Positions 27,371-33,595 of a stretch of DNA of 33,595 bases are shown here, piece by piece. Source of the stretch: Pseudomonadota bacterium (lineage in GTDB: Bacteria > Desulfobacterota > BSN033 > WVXP01 > G020346125). The notes under the pieces are model-generated. The model worked only from the letters and a program-made list of their open reading frames with translations, ran no database searches and was not told where the DNA came from. Location of the stretch: NCBI GenBank assembly GCA_030608745.1, contig JAUWDQ010000002.1:1-33595 (forward strand), read 5' to 3'. The translations under genes were made by a program, and so were the position numbers. Numbering within the stretch: position 1 is the first letter of the stretch; each line of letters starts with the position of its first letter.

Positions 27371-27463
27371 GTGCTGCGATAAATAAAGGTGTTGCAGTGT
27401 TGCTGTGCTGCAGTGTTGCGGTCAAAGAATAGTGCTTTGGTGTTGCAGTCCTGCAGTGGTGCA
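27371..27463. repeat. Tandem octamer array, GTGYTGCN, ~9 units
   Basis: The units are gtgctgcg, gtgttgca, gtgttgct, gtgctgca, gtgttgcg, gtgctttg, gtgttgca, gtcctgca and gtggtgca, with two short interruptions. Confidence 0.75.
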
Positions 27464-27513
27464 GTTGAGAGGGGGAAAAAGTCTGGGGTGAGAGGCTAGG
27501 AGTGAAGAGGAAA

Positions 27514-27540
27514 GAGGAAGGAGGAAGGAGGAAGGAGGGG
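27514..27540. repeat. Tandem heptamer GAGGAAG x3.8 within a purine-only tract
   Basis: gaggaag gaggaag gaggaag gagggg, embedded in a ~90-nt tract that is almost all purine (27468-27560). Confidence 0.75.
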
Positions 27541-27664
27541 GTAGGCAGGGTAAGGGAAAAGTGTGTTTTGGATTTCTCCTCCTAAATGACCCTTGTCCCT
27601 CAGATTACGCTCAAGAACAACGGGTCCGCCTCCAAAAAATCAGGAAACTCCAGTGGATTTTTTG

Positions 27665-27693
27665 TTGACTTAAGGGGAAAGATTTTATAATAT
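27665..27693 (+). promoter_or_regulatory. Candidate sigma-70 promoter (distal) upstream of the Lpp-like gene
   Basis: TTGACT (27665-27670), 17-nt spacer, TAATAT (27688-27693). A TATAAT lies two nt upstream. Confidence 0.45.
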
Positions 27694-27751
27694 ACTAGTC
27701 ATTGAAGTAAGGGGACTGGGATCGAAATTTTTTTATCAATTTTCCACTTTT

Positions 27752-27782
27752 TTGACTTGATCTTCTCGGTAAATGCTTATAT
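27752..27782 (+). promoter_or_regulatory. Candidate extended -10 promoter (proximal) upstream of the Lpp-like gene
   Basis: TTGACT (27752-27757) and TGc-TTATAT (27774-27782). The 19-nt spacing is suboptimal. Confidence 0.3.
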
Positions 27783-27834
27783 GATTACGGTAACACTGGA
27801 GAGGGGGATAGAATCCCAGAGAAAGGAGGGGTGA

Positions 27835-28212
27835 ATGGTTATGACGCGAAATTTTCCCTTTGCGAGGGTATTCGCAACCGTGGCTGTTGCAGCATTTGTG
27901 GCTATCTTCGCCTTCGGCTGCGCCACAACTGAGCAAGTTAAAAAAGCTCAGTCAACTGCTGACGAAGCCTTGAAGGTGGCGCAAGAAGCAATGAGTAAGG
28001 CGGATTCGGCAGTGATTAAAGCCGGAGAATGTGAGGAGGCTGCAAAACGAGCTGATGCCGCTGCCGAAAAAGCTAGTGCTGAAGCCGATCGTTCAGAGGC
28101 TGCAGCTACACGGGCAGTCGCAGCAGCCGATCGTGCGGAAGCGGCGGCCGATCGTGCGGAGGCAGCTGCGAGGAAGGCTGCGGCGGCCTTTAAAAAGCGC
28201 ATGATGAAATAG
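27835..28212 (+). CDS. Alanine-rich coiled-coil outer-membrane lipoprotein, OprI/Lpp-like, with a C-terminal Lys
   Basis: GGAGGGG SD. Signal peptide with lipobox AFGC (Cys29). The ~97-aa mature part is Ala/Glu/Lys/Asp-rich in the style of ADEALKVAQEA...AADRAEAAADRAEAAARKAAAAF. It ends ...KKRMMK-stop. It contains three GCCGATCGT-type DNA repeats (28084, 28126, 28147). Confidence 0.65.
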   Translation: MVMTRNFPFARVFATVAVAAFVAIFAFGCATTEQVKKAQSTADEALKVAQEAMSKADSAVIKAGECEEAAKRADAAAEKASAEADRSEAAATRAVAAADRAEAAADRAEAAARKAAAAFKKRMMK

Positions 28213-28244
28213 TGGTGTCGTGGACCTTAAGGGTTCATCGAGGT

Positions 28245-29228
28245 TTAGGGTTTGCCGATAAACTCCCTTCCCATGAGAAGGATGGGTTTATCGGCAAACT
28301 CATTTTTCCCTCTTACCTTCGTAATATCAATGGGAATCCCCGTGCGCTCCACTAGGGCGATGGTGAATTTCTTAAGATTTACCCGTTTTTCCAGTCCTTC
28401 CTCTTTTAATTGAGCGAAGCCGTAGCGGATGAGGTTGGGGATTTGATGATAGATGTCCTCTTGGACCTCGACGGAGATCCTGTTGTGTCTAAATCCGAAT
28501 TTGACGGGTTCATAGATGATCTCCACCGGCATGCCAATTCTGGCGAAAGGATAGAGATTCTCGATATCCTCCGGATAGAGCCTAATGCATCCATGGCTCA
28601 CCAAGCGGCCGACTCCCCAGGGGAAATCGGTACCGTGGATTCCGTAGCCATTGAGGGAGAGGGAAATCCAATGGGTCCCGAGGGGATTTTCCGGCCCAGG
28701 GGGGATAGATACTCTTCCATGCTTCCTCCGGAGACTGGATGGAATGTGCCACGTGGGGTTCTCTAATTTACCGGAGACGTGAAAGGTCCCAAAGGGGGTT
28801 CGTCCATTCAATACCCCGATTCCTATGGGATAAGTCTTGACCATTTGTATGGATTTGATGAAGAGATAGAGCCTCATCTCCGGGACATTAATTACAATAC
28901 CTTCGTGCCGGGTTTGGGGGAGTACCCACGTGGCGGGAATTTTGAGCTTTAACCCCTCAGGAGGAATCCATGAATCCAGTTCCCGATAAAGGGACTTCAG
29001 TTCCCAGAAGCCGAGACCGAATTTCCTCGCTATGTCGAGTAATGTCTCATTGGGCTGGATGGTATGGTTTCGTTCGCTTCCTACTACTGTCAAAGCTCGT
29101 GAATTGGTATCGTCTTTCCCCTTAGGTATGAAATAAGAAAAGGCCCCCGAGGCCGATAATGAGGGTGGTAAGCCAAGGGAGGAGACGAATAAGAAAATGA
29201 TTGCAAACAGAGATTTTCTTGCCTTCAT
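28245..29228 (-). CDS. L,D-transpeptidase (LysM-like N-domain, YkuD catalytic domain and YbiS-type C-terminal domain)
   Basis: Signal peptide; LysM-like HTIQPNETLLDIARKFGLGFWELKSLY; YkuD motif GIHGTDFPWGVGRLVSHGCIRLYPEDIENLY. Confidence 0.85.
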   Translation of the reverse strand: MKARKSLFAIIFLFVSSLGLPPSLSASGAFSYFIPKGKDDTNSRALTVVGSERNHTIQPNETLLDIARKFGLGFWELKSLYRELDSWIPPEGLKLKIPATWVLPQTRHEGIVINVPEMRLYLFIKSIQMVKTYPIGIGVLNGRTPFGTFHVSGKLENPTWHIPSSLRRKHGRVSIPPGPENPLGTHWISLSLNGYGIHGTDFPWGVGRLVSHGCIRLYPEDIENLYPFARIGMPVEIIYEPVKFGFRHNRISVEVQEDIYHQIPNLIRYGFAQLKEEGLEKRVNLKKFTIALVERTGIPIDITKVRGKNEFADKPILLMGREFIGKP

Positions 29229-29342
29229 TTCAACGATACATCATATATTATCACGGAAATTCCTAAGCTTCCAGAGAAATTTGTTCGGAAGGTTCCCGAA
29301 TTTTATGGTTTAGGTTATTGTTGATGTGAAAGGGGACGAGGC

Positions 29343-30581
29343 ATGAAAGGGAGGGGAACAATCCATTACGGATGGATCGTCATCACGATGGGGCTGCTCA
29401 CAACTATCGGTGCCCACGGTTTCGGACGATTCGCATATTCCATGATCAATCCTAGCATGATCGATGGTTTGGGTTTATCCTACACGCAGGTCGGATACCT
29501 TGCGGTGGGCAACTTCGGCGGCTACCTGCTTCTCGCCATTGTCGGTGGTTTCTTGGCGGCCCGATTAGGGCCAAGAATCGTCATCAGCCTCTCTCTTGCT
29601 CTGATGGGCATCACCATGATCTTGACAGGCTTGGCCAAGACGTACGGTTTTGCTCTTGCCATGCGGGCACTGACAGGTCTCGGCAATGGGGGAGCGTTTG
29701 TCCCCGCCATGGCGCTCGGGTCTATCTGGTTTTCAGCCCGGAAGAGAGGATTTGCCACGGGCATCGTGACAGCGGGTATCGGCATAGGATTCGCCCTTTC
29801 GGGCGTGATCGTTCCCCCTATCCTATCCGCTTATGGGGCAGAAGGCTGGAGAGCCTGCTGGTACTACCTTGGGGTCATGGTTCTCGTTCTGGCAGTAATC
29901 ACGTACGGTTTTCTCAGAAATAGGCCGGAGGACCTGGGGCTGAAAGAGTTAGGTTCAGACGCGTCGGAGGACAAGTCGGAAGGGCAAAAGGCCAAGGGAC
30001 TTGAATGGGGAAAGGTCTACAAAATCGGATCGGTGTGGCACCTCGGGGTCGTCTATTTCATGTACGGATTTTCCTATATCATCTACATCAACTTTTTTGT
30101 CACTTTTCTCGTAAAAGAGATGGGATGGACAAATAATGAGGCAGGTAGGCTTTTCACCTTTCTCGGCTTCCTGAGCATTTTCTGCGGCCTCCTCTGGGGA
30201 GGAATTTCTGATGTTATTGGGAGAAAGGGCGGGGCAGCCCTGGCTTATGTGGCTCTGGCTATATCCTATGGAATTTTTGCCTTGTTCCGTTCACCGGGGG
30301 CTTTCTATGTCTCCGCCTTTTTTTTCGGCATCACGGCATGGGCCATACCCACCATTATGGCCGCAGCAGCAGGAGACTATGTGGGGTCGAGGTTGGCGCC
30401 AGCGGGACTGGGTTTTATTACCCTATTTTTCGGGATTGGGCAGTTCATCGGCCCATACGTTGGAGGCCTTTTCGCCGATATGACCGGTTCCTTTAGCCTT
30501 TCCTTTGCCGTGGCTGCCGGTGTTTCTATGGTCGGGACAGTGGGATCCATTACATTGAGAAAACCCCGGGCGGAGGCCTGA
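29343..30581 (+). CDS. MFS transporter (YbfB/YjiJ-like, tentative)
   Basis: A 412-aa protein with many hydrophobic segments in two halves separated by a charged loop (RPEDLGLKELGSDASEDKSEGQ). GRFAYSMINPSMIDGLGLS is reminiscent of the YbfB family. Confidence 0.8.
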   Translation: MKGRGTIHYGWIVITMGLLTTIGAHGFGRFAYSMINPSMIDGLGLSYTQVGYLAVGNFGGYLLLAIVGGFLAARLGPRIVISLSLALMGITMILTGLAKTYGFALAMRALTGLGNGGAFVPAMALGSIWFSARKRGFATGIVTAGIGIGFALSGVIVPPILSAYGAEGWRACWYYLGVMVLVLAVITYGFLRNRPEDLGLKELGSDASEDKSEGQKAKGLEWGKVYKIGSVWHLGVVYFMYGFSYIIYINFFVTFLVKEMGWTNNEAGRLFTFLGFLSIFCGLLWGGISDVIGRKGGAALAYVALAISYGIFALFRSPGAFYVSAFFFGITAWAIPTIMAAAAGDYVGSRLAPAGLGFITLFFGIGQFIGPYVGGLFADMTGSFSLSFAVAAGVSMVGTVGSITLRKPRAEA

Positions 30582-30596
30582 AATCATAAAAAAAGT

Positions 30597-30625
30597 TTGA
30601 CAAAAAAGGCTCAAATCAATAATGT
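30597..30625 (+). promoter_or_regulatory. Sigma-70-type promoter for the 87-aa ORF
   Basis: TTGACA (30597-30602), 17-nt spacer, TAATGT (30620-30625). Confidence 0.5.
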
Positions 30626-30673
30626 TGATGAGGAAGAATCTGGAGAAGGTGTTATCTGCCAGGAGGGGCGGTT

Positions 30674-30937
30674 ATGAGCGAGAATCAAGTCGACAGGAGA
30701 AGGGGTGGGCGGAGGCAATCCGATATCTTCATCAGGAACCTATCGGATGAGCTGGATATTATCATCGATATCCTTGATGGTAAACTCGACGCTACCGCAA
30801 GGGAAATCCTGGAGGTGAGAAAACTTCAATTTCAATTGGGTCGGAGAAGAGATGATCGGGAAACCGAAGCAGAGATCATGAGGAAACTGGAGAAGATATC
30901 CAAAGCCCTCTTGGATTTGGGCCAATCACGAAGGTGA
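30674..30937 (+). CDS. Small hypothetical protein (87 aa), Arg-rich N-terminus, predicted helical
   Basis: AGGAGGGG SD before ATG 30674. MSENQVDRRRGGRRQSD... belongs to no recognised family. It has its own promoter. Confidence 0.5.
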   Translation: MSENQVDRRRGGRRQSDIFIRNLSDELDIIIDILDGKLDATAREILEVRKLQFQLGRRRDDRETEAEIMRKLEKISKALLDLGQSRR

Positions 30938-31053
30938 ACTCTCAAGGTCCACGAATCCAATTCACCAATATTTTCGCTTGAGAGGTGTAAGAGGTGACTT
31001 TGACTATTATCATATTATGGCATAAATACTTGCGAGTAGAAATGGATACAGGC

Positions 31054-31165
31054 AAATTCCAAATACTAATTTCTAAATTCTAAACAATATCAAATGACCA
31101 AAATCCAAAAGAACTAGACGATTTTGAATTTGAAATTTGGAAATTAGAATTTGTTTAGGATTTAG
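31054..31165. repeat. Two opposed heptamer arrays forming a long imperfect AT-rich palindrome
   Basis: Left arm, 31054-31109: aaattcc aaatact aatttct aaattct aaacaat ... Right arm, 31121-31165: attttga atttgaa atttgga aattaga atttgtt ... The right units are the reverse complement of the left units. CTAAATTCTAAACAA (31073-31087) matches TTGTTTAGGATTTAG (31151-31165) as an inverted repeat at 14 of 15 positions. Confidence 0.65.
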
Positions 31166-31252
31166 TGCTTCGTCCCGCGACGAGCCCCTCGGCCTGAATG
31201 ACTCGACATGAGCTCGTCGACATGTCTCGGGTCGAAGGCTCGGCCGAGTCGA
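31165..31252. repeat. GC-rich palindromic island flanked by an 11-bp direct repeat (MITE-like insertion?)
   Basis: TTTAGGATTTA occurs at 31154-31164 and again at 31253-31263. The enclosed ~88 nt are GC-rich within an AT-rich spacer. They contain CGACGAGC (31178-31185) paired with GCTCGTCG (31212-31219), and TCGACATG twice. Confidence 0.5.
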
Positions 31253-31461
31253 TTTAGGATTTAATCCTAGTTTGAATTATGCGCAACAATTTAAGACGCT
31301 ACATATAGCTGATGGGATCACGGAAGGGCTGGAGCTGAGCAATCTATGGAAAAAGGGATAACCTTGAAGATATCCAGTTCGAGAAGGTGCTGGGGAAAGG
31401 GGAGAGGGGTTCGGGATACGTTCATTGACCTTATGTCCGTTGTCTCAAGAAGGGGAGTAAT

Positions 31462-31971
31462 ATGGAATTGGGTAAGATTAGGCAGACAGTGAGATCCAGA
31501 TTCGGATTTGCCGTGGCCATCGCCGTCATCTCTTTTATCGCCATCTTCGGTTTTGGATTTATGGCTTTCATGGCAGAAAGGGATATCATGATCAAGAATA
31601 CTACCATTCGGGGATATAGTATAGCCAAAATTTTGTCCATCCTGAACGAAGATGCCGCCATCAATCGAGATCCGAAATTATTGGAGAGGTATACAGGGGA
31701 GATTGGAAATGAAAGGGATATTGTCTTGATCGAGATCACCAGGGGGGATAAGCTCATCGCCAGATATCGAGACAATAGGAGGATTTCCGAAAGGAACATT
31801 CGGATAGTTTCCCACCCATTAGTTTTCCATGAGGAGAACGTAGGGGTTACCTTGGTCGGTTTCTCCATTGAGCAGGCCAACGACAATATGTATGAGATCA
31901 AGAAAATCACCATAATTGTGGGGATACTATCCCTCTCTTTCTTTATCAGTTACTTCATCTTACTGTTATGA
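31462..31971 (+). CDS. Two-TM membrane protein resembling a stand-alone periplasmic sensor module (no output domain)
   Basis: AAGGGGAG SD. Hydrophobic segments lie near the N-terminus (FAVAIAVISFIAIFGFGFMAF) and at the extreme C-terminus (IIVGILSLSFFISYFILLL), bracketing ~110 aa. This topology is typical of histidine-kinase or MCP sensor regions. Confidence 0.55.
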   Translation: MELGKIRQTVRSRFGFAVAIAVISFIAIFGFGFMAFMAERDIMIKNTTIRGYSIAKILSILNEDAAINRDPKLLERYTGEIGNERDIVLIEITRGDKLIARYRDNRRISERNIRIVSHPLVFHEENVGVTLVGFSIEQANDNMYEIKKITIIVGILSLSFFISYFILLL

Positions 31972-32001
31972 GGCATTGGGGGGGGGAAATGGGGGAAACA
32001 G

Positions 32002-32343
32002 ATGGATAAGCTAACAGAGGTTCAACTGAAATTGCGAGAGGTGGGATGTCCTCTGTGTTATAACACTCGGCTGGACCTCGTCCTGAGGTGCGATTTAGGT
32101 CAGGATGAATGTATTTATACGGCTAAATGCCTGCATTGTGGAAACATCTTTGAGGTGAATACGAGAAGTAAAACCGTGGAGGAATTGGAGCCTGCATTGG
32201 AGGATAAGTTAAAGACGAAGGGTTGCCCCAAATGCGAGGGGCATGACCTTCAGGTGGACTTTCGTTGTGATTTGGCCTCTCAGGATTGTTTTCACGCCCT
32301 GACCTGTCAAACCTGTGGTCATGTGTTCATGGGAGAAAGATAG
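32002..32343 (+). CDS. Cys-rich protein with two tandem 6-Cys modules (zinc-ribbon-like)
   Basis: GGGGG SD. CX2C-X10-C-X6-C-X5-CX2C occurs twice with identical spacing: Cys16-46 and Cys75-105. Confidence 0.65.
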   Translation: MDKLTEVQLKLREVGCPLCYNTRLDLVLRCDLGQDECIYTAKCLHCGNIFEVNTRSKTVEELEPALEDKLKTKGCPKCEGHDLQVDFRCDLASQDCFHALTCQTCGHVFMGER

Positions 32344-32420
32344 GTTGGTAAGCGATGAGCTTTACTAAATCTTGAGGGGATCAAAGGGAGATGTTCGAGG
32401 CTGTTGTCATTTCACTCAAA

Positions 32421-32930
32421 TCATACGGGGTACCAATATCCCCTCAGTTTATGGATGAAAGGGCGGATGGTCATTTTTTCCGTTTGTTTATTTTCTTTCA
32501 TATCAATAAACCAAAATTTATTGACATCGAAAAGGAAGAGCGTTGAATGTGGGACCTCGTTTGGTCGCAAGAGGAAAATTTCCCCATAATCCGGATGGCT
32601 AATCGTTGGCCCCGTTACCTTTTTCACGTTTTCCTGATACCGCTTATGCGTCGTGTTGTTACTGCCGAGGTATGGCTGTTTTGAGACATACCGTTGATCC
32701 ATTGTTTCTTCTCTCTTAAGCATGGTTTTCACCCCTTTTGGAAATTCCACGTTCGCCGTGAAGCGTTGAATGGTTAACGTCCCCTTTTCGAGATTGGTTG
32801 TCGTAGCCCTACAAATAGCAAAACGCATGCCACCAACCGAAGGGCCAATATTATGGGAATTCATGCTAATCAAGGGATAAAATGGTGCGCTGAACGGCCA
32901 AAAAAGAGAAAAATCCGCAAAAAGTGACAT
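32421..32930 (-). CDS. Hypothetical protein; the most plausible product is ~100 aa from ATG 32723
   Basis: The ORF is open for 169 codons. The best SD (AAGGGGTG) precedes the internal ATG at 32723 (MLKREETMDQRYVSKQPY...). Composition is patchy and low in GC. No family recognised. Confidence 0.35.
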   Translation of the reverse strand: MSLFADFSLFWPFSAPFYPLISMNSHNIGPSVGGMRFAICRATTTNLEKGTLTIQRFTANVEFPKGVKTMLKREETMDQRYVSKQPYLGSNNTTHKRYQENVKKVTGPTISHPDYGEIFLLRPNEVPHSTLFLFDVNKFWFIDMKENKQTEKMTIRPFIHKLRGYWYPV

Positions 32931-32987
32931 TTTTTGTCAAACATTACCAATACGTGAATGGATTTTTCCTTAAAGCAATACGCTCAG

Positions 32988-33016
32988 TTGACCCCAGGGC
33001 AAAACTTTGCAATAAT
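32988..33016 (+). promoter_or_regulatory. Candidate sigma-70 promoter for slp
   Basis: TTGACC (32988-32993), 17-nt spacer, AATAAT (33011-33016). Confidence 0.4.
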
Positions 33017-33038
33017 TATCAGAACGAGCGCTTTGTGA

Positions 33039-33371
33039 GTGTTAGGGAGAGGAGAATTGGGGCGTTATGTTCTTCCCCTTCTCTTTTTGCTGGGTTTCTT
33101 CGGATGTGTCGGTGTTTTTCCCAAGGAAACCATGAGAGAGTTCGACGTCGATGTTTCCTTACCACAACTGGTGCTGCATCCTGAAAGGTATAAGGGAAGG
33201 AGAATTTTACTGGGAGGAGTAATCCTGACAGCGAGACATTTGAAAGGGGAGACCGTTATCAAGATTTTGCAAAAGCCCCTCAATTGGCGGAACGCACCCA
33301 AGGATGTCGATCAGTCGGAAGGGCGATTTTTGGTTGTATCGGCTGGATCTACTAAGGTAATACCAAGATAG
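33039..33371 (+). pseudogene. slp: Slp family outer-membrane lipoprotein, C-terminally truncated at a compositional break
   Basis: Lipobox LLGFFGC. YKGRRILLGGVILTARHLKGETVIKILQKPLNWRNAPKDVDQSEGRFLVV follows the Slp pattern. The expected C-terminal ~60 aa are replaced by SAGSTKVIPR-stop as the sequence turns AT-rich. The start is GTG 33039 or TTG 33057. Confidence 0.55.
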
Positions 33372-33595
33372 TTTACTTCATTCTTAATATCTAATCTTTC
33401 ACTGAATGTAAGCCATAAAAAGTTTTCATCGGCATCGTAAACACTACCTTCCGGATCAATCACTAATGGTTTTGAATCTTGTATAAAAGGAGCAGGTATT
33501 TCTGAGGCTGCAATATTACCATTCTCTAACTCGTCATAGACTGTAAAATCCTGAACAAATATTTGTAAATTGGTGGTGTCCATTACCGCTTCGAT
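33311..33595 (-). CDS. Partial ORF in the AT-rich terminal segment, unknown function (open to the window edge)
   Basis: The minus-strand frame is open from nt 33595 with an ATG at 33583. The protein is acidic and Asn/Ile-rich, unlike the rest of the window. Its last ~10 codons run into the slp sequence. Confidence 0.3.
   Translation of the reverse strand: MEAVMDTTNLQIFVQDFTVYDELENGNIAASEIPAPFIQDSKPLVIDPEGSVYDADENFLWLTFSERLDIKNEVNYLGITLVDPADTTKNRPSD

Noticed and set aside
32373-32446. 9-bp perfect inverted repeat TGAGGGGAT / ATCCCCTCA between the convergent 6-Cys gene and the orphan ORF, considered as a bidirectional terminator
   Set aside because: It has a 56-nt loop and no flanking U-tract. 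By rough estimate several such 9-bp local inverted repeats are expected by chance in 33 kb.

Overview
This 33,595-nt window reads like a whole metagenome-style contig, with genes cut at both edges. All protein calls rest on motif recognition by eye; no searches were run.

Core block (about 1-22.7 kb). This is a co-directional, + strand run of conserved housekeeping genes:
- selB 3' part, split by a frameshift in a G9 run
- an HNH nuclease, a HIT hydrolase, ihfB and a nucleoside phosphorylase
- the classic rimP-nusA-ylxR-infB-DUF503-rbfA-truB-rpsO-pnp cluster
- an M16 peptidase, dut and xerD
- a DHH-CBS-nucleotidyltransferase fusion, an M50 protease and scpA
- an exported hypothetical protein, sppA and a convergent family-4 uracil-DNA glycosylase

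This gene order resembles Desulfobacterota-like anaerobes (low-confidence inference).

Accessory block (last ~11 kb). This part is looser, envelope-flavoured and partly orphan:
- a triple zinc-ribbon protein and a lipoprotein
- an AI-2E transporter and MltA
- a small protein behind a sigma-54-like promoter
- an OprI/Lpp-like alanine-rich lipoprotein convergent with a LysM-YkuD L,D-transpeptidase
- an MFS transporter
- three or four small orphan genes, including a two-TM sensor-like protein followed by a tandem 6-Cys protein
- a truncated slp gene that runs into an abruptly AT-rich end

Not seen: rRNA, tRNA, CRISPR array, transposase, reverse transcriptase, or recognisable defence or toxin-antitoxin genes.

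Most unexplained structure is non-coding:
- a three-copy modular ~150-nt intergenic repeat, with one copy inside the infB-rbfA operon
- three loci of unusual 7-9-bp tandem arrays placed just upstream of promoters
- a GC-rich palindromic island flanked by 11-bp direct repeats

I could not identify a clear multi-gene new system. The best candidates are the Lpp-like/L,D-transpeptidase pair, the sensor-like/6-Cys pair and the tandem-array promoter cassettes.
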